This document shows positions 16,957-26,434 of a stretch of 64,000 nucleotides of DNA, piece after piece. Source of the DNA: Myxococcota bacterium (GTDB taxonomy: Bacteria > Myxococcota_A > UBA796 > CAJQPC01); assembly GCA_036012755.1 (NCBI GenBank), contig DASCPX010000179.1, positions 96,001 through 160,000 on the forward strand, written 5' to 3'. Every line of letters begins with the position of its first letter. Positions within the stretch are counted from its first letter, which is position 1. Position numbers and translations under genes: made by a program. The notes under the pieces are model-generated. The model did not search any database and was not told the DNA's origin. It saw only the letters and a program-made list of their open reading frames with translations.

Positions 16957-17975
16957 GCTTCGAGCACCTCCACGCCGGACACTGCGAGTCCGGGGTCACC
17001 GCCGCGCTCCTGCGTCACCGGGGCCTCGCGCTCTCAGAGCCCATGCTCTTCGGCATCGGCAGCGGCATCTTCTTCGCCCACTTCAGCTTCTCGAGGGTGA
17101 TGGGCCAGCCGCTGACGACCTTTCGGAGCTTCCCTGGCGCCATCTTCAAGAAGGCCTGCAAGCGCCTGGGTGTCGGCATCGAGCGAGCGACCTTCAGAGA
17201 CCGCCGGGCGGGCGCCTCGGCGCTGGATGCGGCGCTGGTGAAGGGCACGCCGGTGGGGCTGCAGGTGAACATCTACTGGCTGCCCTACATCCCCGGACCG
17301 ATGCGGGTCCACTTCAACGGCCACAACCTCATCGTGCTCGAGAAGACAGGCGACACCTACCTCATCAGCGATCCGGTGATGGAGGAGGTCCACGAGTGCC
17401 CGGAGTCAGCGCTGGTCCGGGCCCGCTTCAGCGGGACCAACGCCCTGTTGGGCAGCGGCTTGATGTACTACCCGACCCACATCGACCCCGAGCCCGACCT
17501 CCGCCGAGCCACGGAACAGGGCCTGGCCGAGGTCTGCACGCGCATGCGCAGGATCCCCTTCATCCTTCCCTGGTTCGGTGTGCGCGGTGTCCGTCACCTC
17601 GCAGGCCAGCTCGAGGCCTGGCCGCGGCGCCTCGGCGAAGAGGATGCGCGCGAGTGGCTGGCGGGACTGGTGCGGATGCAGGAAGAGATCGGCACCGGGG
17701 GCGCGGGCTTCCGCTACCTCTTCGCGGCCTTCCTGCAGGAGGCCGGCGAGCTCCTGTCGTGGTCGGCGCTGTCAGCCATGTCCGATCAGGCCACCGACCT
17801 CGGCGACCAGTGGCGACGCTTCGCGCTGCACGCCTCGCGAAGGGCCCGCGGCAAGCCCGACAAGGAGTGGTCGGAGCTCGCCGAGCTGCTGCTTGCGCTG
17901 GCGGAGGCCGAGGACCGCCTCTTCGCGGACCTCGACGCCGTGAGGGTGGCAGGGGCGCCTCAGCTCACTGGCTAG
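16953..17975 (+). CDS. BtrH N-terminal domain (papain/C39-like) protein
   Basis: HCESGVT, SEPMLFGIGSG, HFNGHN and MQEEIGTGGAGFRY motifs; TTG start overlaps the upstream TGA. Confidence 0.88.
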   Translation: MSFEHLHAGHCESGVTAALLRHRGLALSEPMLFGIGSGIFFAHFSFSRVMGQPLTTFRSFPGAIFKKACKRLGVGIERATFRDRRAGASALDAALVKGTPVGLQVNIYWLPYIPGPMRVHFNGHNLIVLEKTGDTYLISDPVMEEVHECPESALVRARFSGTNALLGSGLMYYPTHIDPEPDLRRATEQGLAEVCTRMRRIPFILPWFGVRGVRHLAGQLEAWPRRLGEEDAREWLAGLVRMQEEIGTGGAGFRYLFAAFLQEAGELLSWSALSAMSDQATDLGDQWRRFALHASRRARGKPDKEWSELAELLLALAEAEDRLFADLDAVRVAGAPQLTG

Positions 17976-18796
17976 CTCCCGAAGACGCCCACCTGGTGGC
18001 CGGAGACACCACCGACGCCGTCGAACATCATCGTGCCGGCAGCGTAGGGCGTGCCGCGGATGGAGACGTCCTCGTAGACCTCTGCGCGGACCAGGCCGCC
18101 GTCGCTGCGGAGGTCGACCTTCGTGCCCCTGGGCAACAGCACGTCACCGGGGAAGCGATTGCCCCGGGCCAGGGTGCAGCTGGCGACGTTGCCGTTGTCG
18201 TGGAGCAGGGCAGCGGAGAGGCAGGGCACCCCCGCGACGGTGACGGACTCCGCGGGAGAGGCGAGGTCGCCGAGCACGACCTCCGCCAGGTTGCCGTTTT
18301 CGTGGAAGGTCGCCCGAGCGCCTCTGCGCAAGCTGAAGTCACCGACGCCGTAGGGCTCGGACAGGACACAGCTCCACCGCCCGTCGGCGTGGGCCTCTGC
18401 GGTCTTGGCCTCCCTGCACGGCACGCCCCGGATGAACATGTTGGCAGCCAGGATGACGCGCACGCCGGTGACAGCGCCGCTGGCTTCGTGGACGATGGAC
18501 TCTCGCGAGCCGAAGTCGAGCGCCTCGAGCTCGTCGAGGGGGGGCAAGAGCACGACCTCCTCGCCAGCTTCGGCCACCTCGCCGCCGTCTTGTCCGCTGC
18601 CGTCCTCGTCGAGTTCGAGCTCGTCGGGGGTCCAGACCTCCTCGTAGTCCACGTCGGGGTCAAAGACGCGCATTTGCGGGACGCCGAGCGGATCGCCCTC
18701 CTCGGCCGGTGGTGCAGCCCCCTCGGCGAGGGGGTCGGACGCGGCGGACTCGGTGTCGGAGCCGCAGGCGAAGGCCAGGAGGAGAGTGAGGACCAT
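17972..18796 (-). CDS. Hypothetical lipoprotein with H..G.L beta repeats
   Basis: MVLTLLLAFAC; repeated FHENGNL/LHDNGNV and GVPC units. Confidence 0.7.
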   Translation of the reverse strand: MVLTLLLAFACGSDTESAASDPLAEGAAPPAEEGDPLGVPQMRVFDPDVDYEEVWTPDELELDEDGSGQDGGEVAEAGEEVVLLPPLDELEALDFGSRESIVHEASGAVTGVRVILAANMFIRGVPCREAKTAEAHADGRWSCVLSEPYGVGDFSLRRGARATFHENGNLAEVVLGDLASPAESVTVAGVPCLSAALLHDNGNVASCTLARGNRFPGDVLLPRGTKVDLRSDGGLVRAEVYEDVSIRGTPYAAGTMMFDGVGGVSGHQVGVFGS

Positions 18797-18802
18797 GTCC
18801 AG

Positions 18803-18808
18803 AGCCTA
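18803..18808 (-). promoter_or_regulatory. -10-like TAnnnT hexamer (leaderless start)
   Basis: TAGGCT-N6-ATG(18796). Confidence 0.5.
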
Positions 18809-18823
18809 CCTGCCCCGAGACCG

Positions 18824-19561
18824 CTACCGCACGCGCCGTTGTATGAGCATCCAGGATCGCTCGACGGCCATGACGAACTTGCGGAGCCTCTCTCTCTCCA
18901 GATCTCCGCCCTGGAGGATCTCGAATCCGTGCACGTCTCCGTGCACTGCAAGGCAGTGGACCGCGACGAGGACGCTCTGTTCTTCGTACCGGATCTGCAG
19001 GGAGCCCTCTGCCCCGACTGCAAGAGGATTCCCCAGCAACTGCACGCCGACGCCACCCAGGGAGAGGTCGAGCAGGGTGCCCGCGCGAGGGCCGTCGACG
19101 TCCAGTTCGATCTCTACGCCGAGACCTTTGACCGGGATACGGAAGGCGCGCCGGGCCTGGACCACCAGGAAGCGCTCGGGCTTATCGAGCATGAGGACGG
19201 GGCCGGGGCCGCTGGGCTCGACGCTGTGGACCCGGGCGTGAAACGCCACCGAGCGCCCATCGCGAATGAGCTGAACCAGGACGAGGTGGCCCTGGGCCGG
19301 CCGATCCGCGAGCGAGTGTGCCTGGACGGTGACGCTGAGGTGGCGCTCGCCCAGCGCGGAGAGGCGACCGGGGACCACGCTCGGAGGATCGCCGAGCAAC
19401 ATGAGGACGGCGTCGCCCTCGACGACAGCATCCGAGAGCAGGTCCTCGCCAGTGGGCTCACGGCTTCTCCGGGTGGCTGGCCGTCTCGCGGCTGGCTTGC
19501 TGCCGAACATGATCTCTCCGGACTCACCCATCTCATCGGCTTCGGCGGTCCGAAACTTCAT
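18824..19561 (-). CDS. PilZ domain (YcgR-like) c-di-GMP receptor
   Basis: QARRAFR (RxxxR) and DLSLGG (DxSxxG) motifs after a YcgR-N-like domain. Confidence 0.85.
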   Translation of the reverse strand: MKFRTAEADEMGESGEIMFGSKPAARRPATRRSREPTGEDLLSDAVVEGDAVLMLLGDPPSVVPGRLSALGERHLSVTVQAHSLADRPAQGHLVLVQLIRDGRSVAFHARVHSVEPSGPGPVLMLDKPERFLVVQARRAFRIPVKGLGVEIELDVDGPRAGTLLDLSLGGVGVQLLGNPLAVGAEGSLQIRYEEQSVLVAVHCLAVHGDVHGFEILQGGDLERERLRKFVMAVERSWMLIQRRVR

Positions 19562-19643
19562 GATTTCATGTGGCCGAATCCATGGCTCGATCCAATCAGA
19601 GCGCTCCGATCATGGAGGTTGATCAGCGAGATAGGGGTTCCTC

Positions 19644-20534
19644 GTGCGCGACCGACTCGCCGCCGCGGCCTCACGACGTGAGGTCCTCGATCTGTCCGGG
19701 ACCACGGCGTGGCGCCTCTTCCACGGCGTCGCCGAGGGACGCCCCAATCTGGCCGTGGATCGCTACGGAGGGGGCCTGATCGCCTGGATGCAGGACGAGG
19801 TCGACCGTGCGGAGCGAGAGGCCATCGACGAGCTGGGGGAGGTGACCTGGGTGCGCCGAGGCACGCCCTTGTCCACCCTCCCCTTCGAGGAGTTGGGCAT
19901 GCGGTGGCCCGCGGCCTCGCTCGGCCAGGATCCACCGCTGTTCCTGGATCTCCGAGCAGGGCGTCGCTGGCTGCAGGAGCACGCCCGGGGGCGGGTGCTC
20001 AACGCCTTCGCCTATGCGGGCGGGAGTGGGCTGAGCTGTGTGCAGGCAGAGACGGTGGTCAACCTCGACCACAGCGCCCGCTACCTCGACTTCGCCACAG
20101 AGGTCGCCGAGCACAACGGGCGCCAGGTCGAGTGCATCCGCGAGGACTACTTCGCCGCCGTGCGCCAGTGGGGAGGGCTGAAGCTGCGCGGACGCGGCGC
20201 CCGACGGCGCTGGAAGAGACGCGACCAACGTCGCTTCGACCTCGTCGTGCTCGACCCGCCGACCTTTGCGAAGAGCCCACTGGGCGCGGTCGACCTCCTC
20301 CGGGACTACCCGAGCCTGCTCAAGCCAGCGCTCTGTTGTCTCACCGCCGGGGGGTCCGTGCTCGCCACGAACCACGCGGCGAAGATCGACCTCGAAGACT
20401 GGCTCGGGATCTGCCGCCGCTGTGCAGACAAGGCAGGCCGCCCGATCCGGGACATCGAGGTGATCGTGCCGGAGGCCGACTTCCCGAGCTTCGACGGCAG
20501 GCCGCCGCTGAAGATCGCGGTGTTCCGGACCTAG
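19644..20534 (+). CDS. Class I SAM-dependent methyltransferase, RlmI-like
   Basis: [23 protein letters not shown] and [11 protein letters not shown] motifs. Confidence 0.85.
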   Translation: MRDRLAAAASRREVLDLSGTTAWRLFHGVAEGRPNLAVDRYGGGLIAWMQDEVDRAEREAIDELGEVTWVRRGTPLSTLPFEELGMRWPAASLGQDPPLFLDLRAGRRWLQEHARGRVLNAFAYAGGSGLSCVQAETVVNLDHSARYLDFATEVAEHNGRQVECIREDYFAAVRQWGGLKLRGRGARRRWKRRDQRRFDLVVLDPPTFAKSPLGAVDLLRDYPSLLKPALCCLTAGGSVLATNHAAKIDLEDWLGICRRCADKAGRPIRDIEVIVPEADFPSFDGRPPLKIAVFRT

Positions 20535-20932
20535 ATGCCGAAGAAGGCCTCCAGGCGGCCGCGGATCTGGTCGCGAGCCGTGCGGAAGCGGCGGAACTGC
20601 CGCCCGACCGGCTCGTCAGGGTAGCCAGCGGGGTCGTCGATGGGCCAGTGATCCCGCTGCACGCCAGGGGGCAGGACCGGGCAGTGCTCCTCGCCGCAGA
20701 GCGTGATCACCAGGTCGATCTCGTCGAGGTCGATGGCGTCGATGCCCTTGGCCGCGTGGCTGCGAATGTCGACACCAAGCTCGTCGAGGACGATGATGGC
20801 GCGCTCGCGGACACGCGTGGGCTCGCTGCCGGCGCTCCATACGCGCGTGCCCTCCGGTGCCATCCAGCGGGCCAGGCCCTCGGCCATCTGGCTGCGGGCG
20901 CTGTTGGCGACACAGAGAAAGAGGATGTTCAT
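20531..20932 (-). CDS. arsC: Thioredoxin-coupled arsenate reductase (LMW-PTP fold)
   Basis: [14 protein letters not shown]-loop; [16 protein letters not shown]. Confidence 0.88.
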   Translation of the reverse strand: MNILFLCVANSARSQMAEGLARWMAPEGTRVWSAGSEPTRVRERAIIVLDELGVDIRSHAAKGIDAIDLDEIDLVITLCGEEHCPVLPPGVQRDHWPIDDPAGYPDEPVGRQFRRFRTARDQIRGRLEAFFGI

Positions 20933-21038
20933 GGACCCGGGTTATCGCGTCGGCACTGGAAGGTGAGCGCTGACCGACGAGCTGCCGAAGCTGGACGCCA
21001 GGCGGCTGCTGAGGAAGCTGGCGATCGGGCTGGTCCTC

Positions 21039-21551
21039 TTGATGGTCGCGCTCGGCGTCACCAGCAAGCTCTTCCACGCAGAGCTCGTGAGCTTCGGCGA
21101 AGCCTTCGTCGGGCGCTTCGGCGGCCTCGGCGTGGCGTTCGGCTTCTTCTACCCGGACATGATCCCCGTCCCTGGCGTCCACGAGGCCTTCTCCGCCTTC
21201 GGACTTCTCGGCGGCATGCCCTTCTGGGAGGTCGTGGCCTGGGCCTTCGCCGGTTCGATCACCGGCGGGACCATCGGCTTCTTCCTCGGACGCAGCCTGC
21301 GCACCACCGAGCGCCTCTCGCGCTTCCTGCAAGAGGGCCGAGGCCGCTACGTCCATGGCCTCGTGCAGCGCTACGGCACCTGGGCGCTGGCGCTGGTGGC
21401 CGTCTCACCGATCCCCTACTCGATCGGCTGCTGGTCCTGCGGCGCCCTGGACTACCCCCTCTGGAAGTTCCTCGCCGTCTCGCTCTTGCGCATCCCGCGC
21501 ATCGCCTTCTACCTGTGGCTCATCCAGATGGGCTTCCTCGTCGCCACCTGA
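21039..21551 (+). CDS. DedA/VTT (SNARE-associated) family membrane protein
   Basis: GSITGGTIGFFLGR, RYG, SPIPYS and RIPR motifs; frame is open back to CTG 20970. Confidence 0.8.
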   Translation: MMVALGVTSKLFHAELVSFGEAFVGRFGGLGVAFGFFYPDMIPVPGVHEAFSAFGLLGGMPFWEVVAWAFAGSITGGTIGFFLGRSLRTTERLSRFLQEGRGRYVHGLVQRYGTWALALVAVSPIPYSIGCWSCGALDYPLWKFLAVSLLRIPRIAFYLWLIQMGFLVAT

Positions 21552-22808
21552 TCAGGCGTTCTGGGCCAGGAACTCCACGACCAGCGGGTCCCCCTCGAAG
21601 TGGCGGTCCTCTGAGAGCCGCCGTCGGACTCCCATGTCGAGCTGTCGCCAGACGGTCTCGGGTATGCCCGAGCCCTTCCACCAGCAGCGGAACTCGTCGG
21701 CGAGGCTGTCGCGCAACAGATCGACGTCGCCCCTGTGGAGCAGCTGGTCGTCGGGGCCGAGGGCGCGCACGCCCCGGAGCTCGCCGACCTCGCCGTCGTG
21801 GGCCTTGACCCAGCGCTTTCCGGCGCGAGCGCTGCGGAAGTCGAGGCTCTCGACCCCCGAGATCCCAATGCGTTCGAGGTCCCCCGCGAGCTGCGCGTGC
21901 ATCACCCGCCGCAGGTCGGGACCTGCCTTCGCCAGTCCGCCACCACGATCCGTCGAGTGCGGCGGCGGGTCACCGCGGGGGTAGACCCCTGGCCTGTCGG
22001 TGGGCTCTACATCCGGCTCCACGCCGTCGAGGGCGTCCTCGAAGGTGGCTCCGGGGACGAAACCCACTGAGCTCCGCGTCGTCTCGGGCGCAACCGACAC
22101 GTCACCCGGAGGCAGCGCCGCGAAGCGCGTCTTCCTCCAGCCCGAGCCCTGGCGCCGCGAAGCCACGAGGCGCTCCATCTCCTCGCCCGTGTAGACCCTC
22201 GGACCGCCCACCGCGCAGGACCGGCCGACCTCGAAGCGGTCGAGGTAGGCCAGAGCCACCTTCGCGACGTCGGCCCGGTGCATCGGCGAGTAGCGACTGG
22301 CCACATCGAAGCCATGCGGACGGGCCCCATCCGGAGGGACGACGTGGCCCTCGATGACCTCGTCGTGGGTGCAGCTGACCCGTACGATGGCCCAGGGGGC
22401 CGCGCAGTTGCGCACTCCGCCCTCGACGTAGAAGGCCCGCCGGTTGAGCCGCGCGTAGGACCACCGATAGGCCCCCATGACGCTGAGGTGCAGGATTCGC
22501 TCGGCCCCAGCTTCGTGAGCAGCCCGGACGATGTTCTCTGCGGCGATGCCAGCGTAGATGACCGAGCCCGGGCCGCTGGTCCGCGCGTCGATGCAGCTGA
22601 TGACCTCTGATGCCCCGTCCATGACAGCGCGAAGGGCGTCGATGTGTCGAGGATCGGCGTAGGCGACATCCTGGACATCCGCGAAGCCATGGAGATTGTC
22701 GAGGTCGCGGTCGTCGCGTACGACGGGGCGGACGGGGCGTCCGCGGGCCATCGCAAGGCGGAGGATCTCGCTCCCTGTGCGCCCGTTGGCGCCGACGACT
22801 ACGAGCAT
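21552..22808 (-). CDS. NAD(P)-binding atypical SDR/NmrA-like protein with C-terminal extension
   Basis: VVGANGRTG Rossmann motif; HLSVMGA; GGPRVYT. Confidence 0.8.
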   Translation of the reverse strand: MLVVVGANGRTGSEILRLAMARGRPVRPVVRDDRDLDNLHGFADVQDVAYADPRHIDALRAVMDGASEVISCIDARTSGPGSVIYAGIAAENIVRAAHEAGAERILHLSVMGAYRWSYARLNRRAFYVEGGVRNCAAPWAIVRVSCTHDEVIEGHVVPPDGARPHGFDVASRYSPMHRADVAKVALAYLDRFEVGRSCAVGGPRVYTGEEMERLVASRRQGSGWRKTRFAALPPGDVSVAPETTRSSVGFVPGATFEDALDGVEPDVEPTDRPGVYPRGDPPPHSTDRGGGLAKAGPDLRRVMHAQLAGDLERIGISGVESLDFRSARAGKRWVKAHDGEVGELRGVRALGPDDQLLHRGDVDLLRDSLADEFRCWWKGSGIPETVWRQLDMGVRRRLSEDRHFEGDPLVVEFLAQNA

Positions 22809-22814
22809 GCCGGC

Positions 22815-22820
22815 ATCCTA
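22815..22820 (-). promoter_or_regulatory. -10-like TAnnnT hexamer (leaderless start)
   Basis: TAGGAT-N6-ATG(22808). Confidence 0.5.
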
Positions 22821-22866
22821 CAGCCCGCAACGAAAACTGCTTGCGCCCACTATGCTCAGGGAGCCA

Positions 22867-24396
22867 ATGCGTCGCCTGAAGGTCGCCATCATCAGCCTCT
22901 ACGCCCTGGAGAACAACGGGGTGCGACACGTCGCCTCGTCGCTCAGAGAGGCGGGCTTCCAGGTGACCGAGATCTACTTCAAGGACTGGGTCAACAACCG
23001 CTTCCCATGGCCGGCCGAGGTCGAGGTCCAGAACCTCCTGTCGCTGCTGCGAGACCGAGGGATCGACGTGGCCGGGATCTCGGTGCGCGCCAGCGCTTTC
23101 CACCGGATGGCGAAGTACCTCACCGAGCGGGTGCGCAGTGCCCTCGGGCTCCCGGTCCTGTGGGGCGGCATGCACCCGACCTTCCTGCCCGAGATGTGCA
23201 TCGAGATCGCCGACTACATCTCGATCGGGGAGACCGACCAGATCGTGAAGGAGTTCTTCACCCGACTCGATGAAGGCGTCTCCGTCCACGACTGCCCGAG
23301 CTTCTGGGTTCGCGAGGGCGACACCGTCTACCGCAACGACGTCGCCCCCCTCGTCGAGCTCGACGACGTGCCCTTCCGGGACTTCCACACCCGGGACGAC
23401 AAGTTCCACATCGCGGGCGACAAGGTCTCCGTCGGCGACCCCTTCATCGACAACCCCGAGTACACGCTCCTGGCATCACGTGGCTGCCCCTACTGGACCT
23501 GCACCTTCTGCAGCAACACGCTCACCAAGCCGCTCTACGAGGGCAAGGGGAAGGGCTACCGCGTCCGCTCGGTAGAGCACATCATCCAGGAGATGGAGTA
23601 CGCGACGAAGATCTGCAAGGACATCAAGGTCGTCCGCTTCGACGACGAGGTCTTCCCGATCCGTGCGGAATGGATCGAGGAGTTCGCCCAGAAGTGGCCT
23701 GCCCGCGTGGGCATCCCCTTCGAGGTCCTGGTCGACCCGCGCATGGTCCGCCTCGAGCCGCTGCGCCTGTTGAAGACCGCCGGGCTGCGGGCTCTCTGCA
23801 TGGGCATCCAGGCGACCGAGCGGGTGAACCAGGAGTTCTACAACCGCAACACGACGAACCAGCAGATCCTGGACGCGCAGGAGGTCTTCCGGTCCGTCGG
23901 CGTCACCAGCAACCTGCAGATCATCTGGGACGACCCCTACTCGACCCAGCAGGACAAGGACGACCTCTTCCATCTGGTCATGGAGCTCCAGCGCCCCTTC
24001 GAGCTCTTCCTCTTCGGCCTGACGATCTACCCCAACACCCACATGGCTCGACGCCTGCTGCGCGAGGGGCGCATCACAGAGGGACACATCGAGGGGGTGA
24101 ACACCCACGCCTTCGAGCAGTTCCGCGTGGACCTCGACTACCCGCGACCGAAGGAGGACACCCGCTGGCTGGCGCTCTTCGTCCTCTGCAACAAGAGCTT
24201 CCTGCCAAAGGACCTCATCTGGAAGCTCTACACCTCGGAGCGCTTCAAGGCCAACCCCGCGCCGCTGGTCCAGCTGGCCCAGGCGGTGAACCTCGTCAAG
24301 ATGGCGGGTGTGGCTGGCGAGATGACGCTGCGAGGCGAGATGACGCCGCTGTTGATCAAGCGCTGGGTGAACCCCGACTCCCTGGTGACGATGTGA
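22867..24396 (+). CDS. B12-binding domain radical SAM protein (paralog 2)
   Basis: WGGMHPT and GETD; SRGCPYWTCTFCSN (Cx4Cx2C); RFDDEVF; AGGGAG SD before ATG 22867. Confidence 0.9.
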   Translation: MRRLKVAIISLYALENNGVRHVASSLREAGFQVTEIYFKDWVNNRFPWPAEVEVQNLLSLLRDRGIDVAGISVRASAFHRMAKYLTERVRSALGLPVLWGGMHPTFLPEMCIEIADYISIGETDQIVKEFFTRLDEGVSVHDCPSFWVREGDTVYRNDVAPLVELDDVPFRDFHTRDDKFHIAGDKVSVGDPFIDNPEYTLLASRGCPYWTCTFCSNTLTKPLYEGKGKGYRVRSVEHIIQEMEYATKICKDIKVVRFDDEVFPIRAEWIEEFAQKWPARVGIPFEVLVDPRMVRLEPLRLLKTAGLRALCMGIQATERVNQEFYNRNTTNQQILDAQEVFRSVGVTSNLQIIWDDPYSTQQDKDDLFHLVMELQRPFELFLFGLTIYPNTHMARRLLREGRITEGHIEGVNTHAFEQFRVDLDYPRPKEDTRWLALFVLCNKSFLPKDLIWKLYTSERFKANPAPLVQLAQAVNLVKMAGVAGEMTLRGEMTPLLIKRWVNPDSLVTM

Positions 24397-25451
24397 GCCG
24401 ACCGCTTGCCCGCGCGCGAGCATGGAAGAACATCGCCGTGTCCGCGTCGATGCGGAGGGTGCGCCCCGAGTGGGTGCCGCCCCCACACGCGGCCCACATC
24501 ATCACTACCTTCAAGTGCAACCTCAAGTGCATCGGCTGCGGCTCGTGGGAGGTCCGAGACCACGAGGACCTGACCCTGGACCAGTGGCTCCCGGTCTTCA
24601 AGCAGCTCGAGTCCCTGGACATCGTCAAGATCCTCGGCGGCGAGCCCTTCGTGCGAAAGGACATCGTCGGCCTGCTGGCCGCCGTCCGGGACGAGATCGA
24701 TCCCTACATCCTCCAGCTCGGCACCAACGGGATGCTGACGGACCGGATCGTCGAGGCACTCGACACAGTCGGCTGGCCGGGCCTGCAGCTCCGCATCTCC
24801 GTTGACGGCACCGCGGCGGTCCACGACCGGATCCGCGGCGTCGAGGGCAGCTGGGACCAGGTCGACCACACGGTGCGAAAGGTCGCCGAGCTGAAACAAA
24901 AGCGCGGCTTCCAGTTCGGCATCAACTTCGCGGTGACCGACGACTCGCTCGGCGACTTCGAGGCGATGGTGGAGTACGCCGAGAGCGTCGGCGCCGACCT
25001 GATCCCGGGGGTGAACGTCGACCCCTTCCTGGTGGGGACCACGCCCCCGGAAATCCGCCAGCAGGAGATCATCCTCTTGTCCAACGCTGATGAGGGGCTA
25101 CGACGGATCGAGGACCACCGTGTCGGCACACGGACCGAGCTGCCTCTCGTCGATCACCTGCTGTCGAGGTTCATGACGAGGCGTACCTTCGAGCGCCAGA
25201 TCGCCAGGAATGATCGGAGCTTCCCTTGCCGGGAGCTGCGCGACCTGATCTACATGCTGCCCAACGGCGACGTGGTGCGCTGTGGCATGGACCACGAACC
25301 GGTCGGCAACGTGCTGGAGTCGTCCATCGAGGAGATCTGGTACGGCGATCGGGTAGAGCCCCACCGCAGGAAGGTCGAGGCCTGCCCTGGCTGCATGCAG
25401 GCATCCGTACAGATCATGTCCAGGCTCTACGGTGGCTGTCTCGACGCCTGA
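24393..25451 (+). CDS. Radical SAM protein with SPASM/Twitch domain
   Basis: CNLKCIGC, GGEP, TNG and SVDG motifs; C…PNGDVVRC…CPGC; GTGA-coupled start. Confidence 0.9.
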   Translation: MSRPLARARAWKNIAVSASMRRVRPEWVPPPHAAHIITTFKCNLKCIGCGSWEVRDHEDLTLDQWLPVFKQLESLDIVKILGGEPFVRKDIVGLLAAVRDEIDPYILQLGTNGMLTDRIVEALDTVGWPGLQLRISVDGTAAVHDRIRGVEGSWDQVDHTVRKVAELKQKRGFQFGINFAVTDDSLGDFEAMVEYAESVGADLIPGVNVDPFLVGTTPPEIRQQEIILLSNADEGLRRIEDHRVGTRTELPLVDHLLSRFMTRRTFERQIARNDRSFPCRELRDLIYMLPNGDVVRCGMDHEPVGNVLESSIEEIWYGDRVEPHRRKVEACPGCMQASVQIMSRLYGGCLDA

Positions 25452-25475
25452 TCGGGCTGCTATGGTCTCGGACCG

Positions 25476-25949
25476 ATGACAGGAGCACCCGTGAAGAAGG
25501 CCAACCTCTCGAAGCGCTTTCTCGCTGCGCTGGTGGACGGCGTCATCAGCAACGGCATCATGACGGCGATCGGCACACTGCTCCCTGGCATCGGAAACAT
25601 CGTGATGTTCGCGCTCAGCCTGATCCCGACCGTCTTCGAGGACGACGTCCTGGGCACACCCGGGGTGAGCATCGGACGCAAGGCCTTCGGCCAGCGCCTG
25701 GTCAACCTGGACGGTACCCCCGTCGACCTCAAGACCTCGATCAAACGCAACGCGATCAACGCCGGGATGGTCGTCATCGGTGTCTTCACGCTGTTCATCC
25801 CCCAGTGGATCGACATCGGGCTGGTCCTGTTCCGCGACGGTCGCCGCATCTCGGACCTCCTCATGGGCACACGCGTCGCCGACCTCGAGGAGACTCCTCA
25901 GCTCACCGTCGATCCGCCCGGGGACGATGCCCCGGATGAAACCGACTGA
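25476..25949 (+). CDS. RDD family membrane protein
   Basis: KRFLAALVD, SIGRKAFG, KRN and RRISDLLMGTRV motifs. Confidence 0.85.
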   Translation: MTGAPVKKANLSKRFLAALVDGVISNGIMTAIGTLLPGIGNIVMFALSLIPTVFEDDVLGTPGVSIGRKAFGQRLVNLDGTPVDLKTSIKRNAINAGMVVIGVFTLFIPQWIDIGLVLFRDGRRISDLLMGTRVADLEETPQLTVDPPGDDAPDETD

Positions 25950-26007
25950 CACACCGTGAAATAGCGTTCGAGACGCCGTAGCGAGACAGTGGGTTCAGGA
26001 GGTCCTG

Positions 26008-26358
26008 ATGATCCACGCGGTGCTCTTCTCTCTCGCCAACGCTTCCATCCCCGAGTCCGAGGTCCTCGAGATCCCGGTCATCCAACACGCCTCTGCAGAG
26101 GAGCTCGCGATGCGCCTCGAGCTGCGGGCTGTCCTCGACAACGACGTCTCCGCGATGGAGCAGGGGCTGGCGCTCTACGAGCTCATCCTCGACGGCATGG
26201 AGGAGGGTGACGAGATCGCCCGAACTCGCATCGCCGCCGGGATCCTGGCCAACCAGCTCGAAGACCTCGATCGCGCACGCATGCACCTCGCGCAGGCGCA
26301 GTGGCACCCCGTCTACGGGGCCGAGGCCGAGGCGATCCTCGCAGACCTGGATCGCTGA
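26008..26358 (+). CDS. Small secreted helical (TPR-like) hypothetical protein
   Basis: Short hydrophobic N-terminus, helical repeats, normal codon usage. Confidence 0.6.
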   Translation: MIHAVLFSLANASIPESEVLEIPVIQHASAEELAMRLELRAVLDNDVSAMEQGLALYELILDGMEEGDEIARTRIAAGILANQLEDLDRARMHLAQAQWHPVYGAEAEAILADLDR

Positions 26359-26380
26359 TACCGGCTGTAATCCAGTTCGG

Positions 26381-26408
26381 CTGAAGTCCGGAGACGGGCT
26401 TCCGATGA
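26381..26408 (+). promoter_or_regulatory. Sigma28 (FliA/SigD)-like promoter
   Basis: TGAA(26382-26385)-N15-TCCGATGA(26401-26408) versus consensus TAAA-N15-GCCGATAA; 27 nt before a flagellin-like gene. Confidence 0.5.
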
Positions 26409-26434
26409 CGCGTCCCCACAACAAGGACGCACTC

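Noticed and set aside
16953..17975. Butirosin/aminoglycoside biosynthesis
   Set aside because: BtrH-like genes commonly accompany darAB; no aminocyclitol genes are present
22867..25451. RiPP cluster around the radical SAM/SPASM gene
   Set aside because: No convincing precursor peptide, RRE/PqqD domain, peptidase or exporter adjacent
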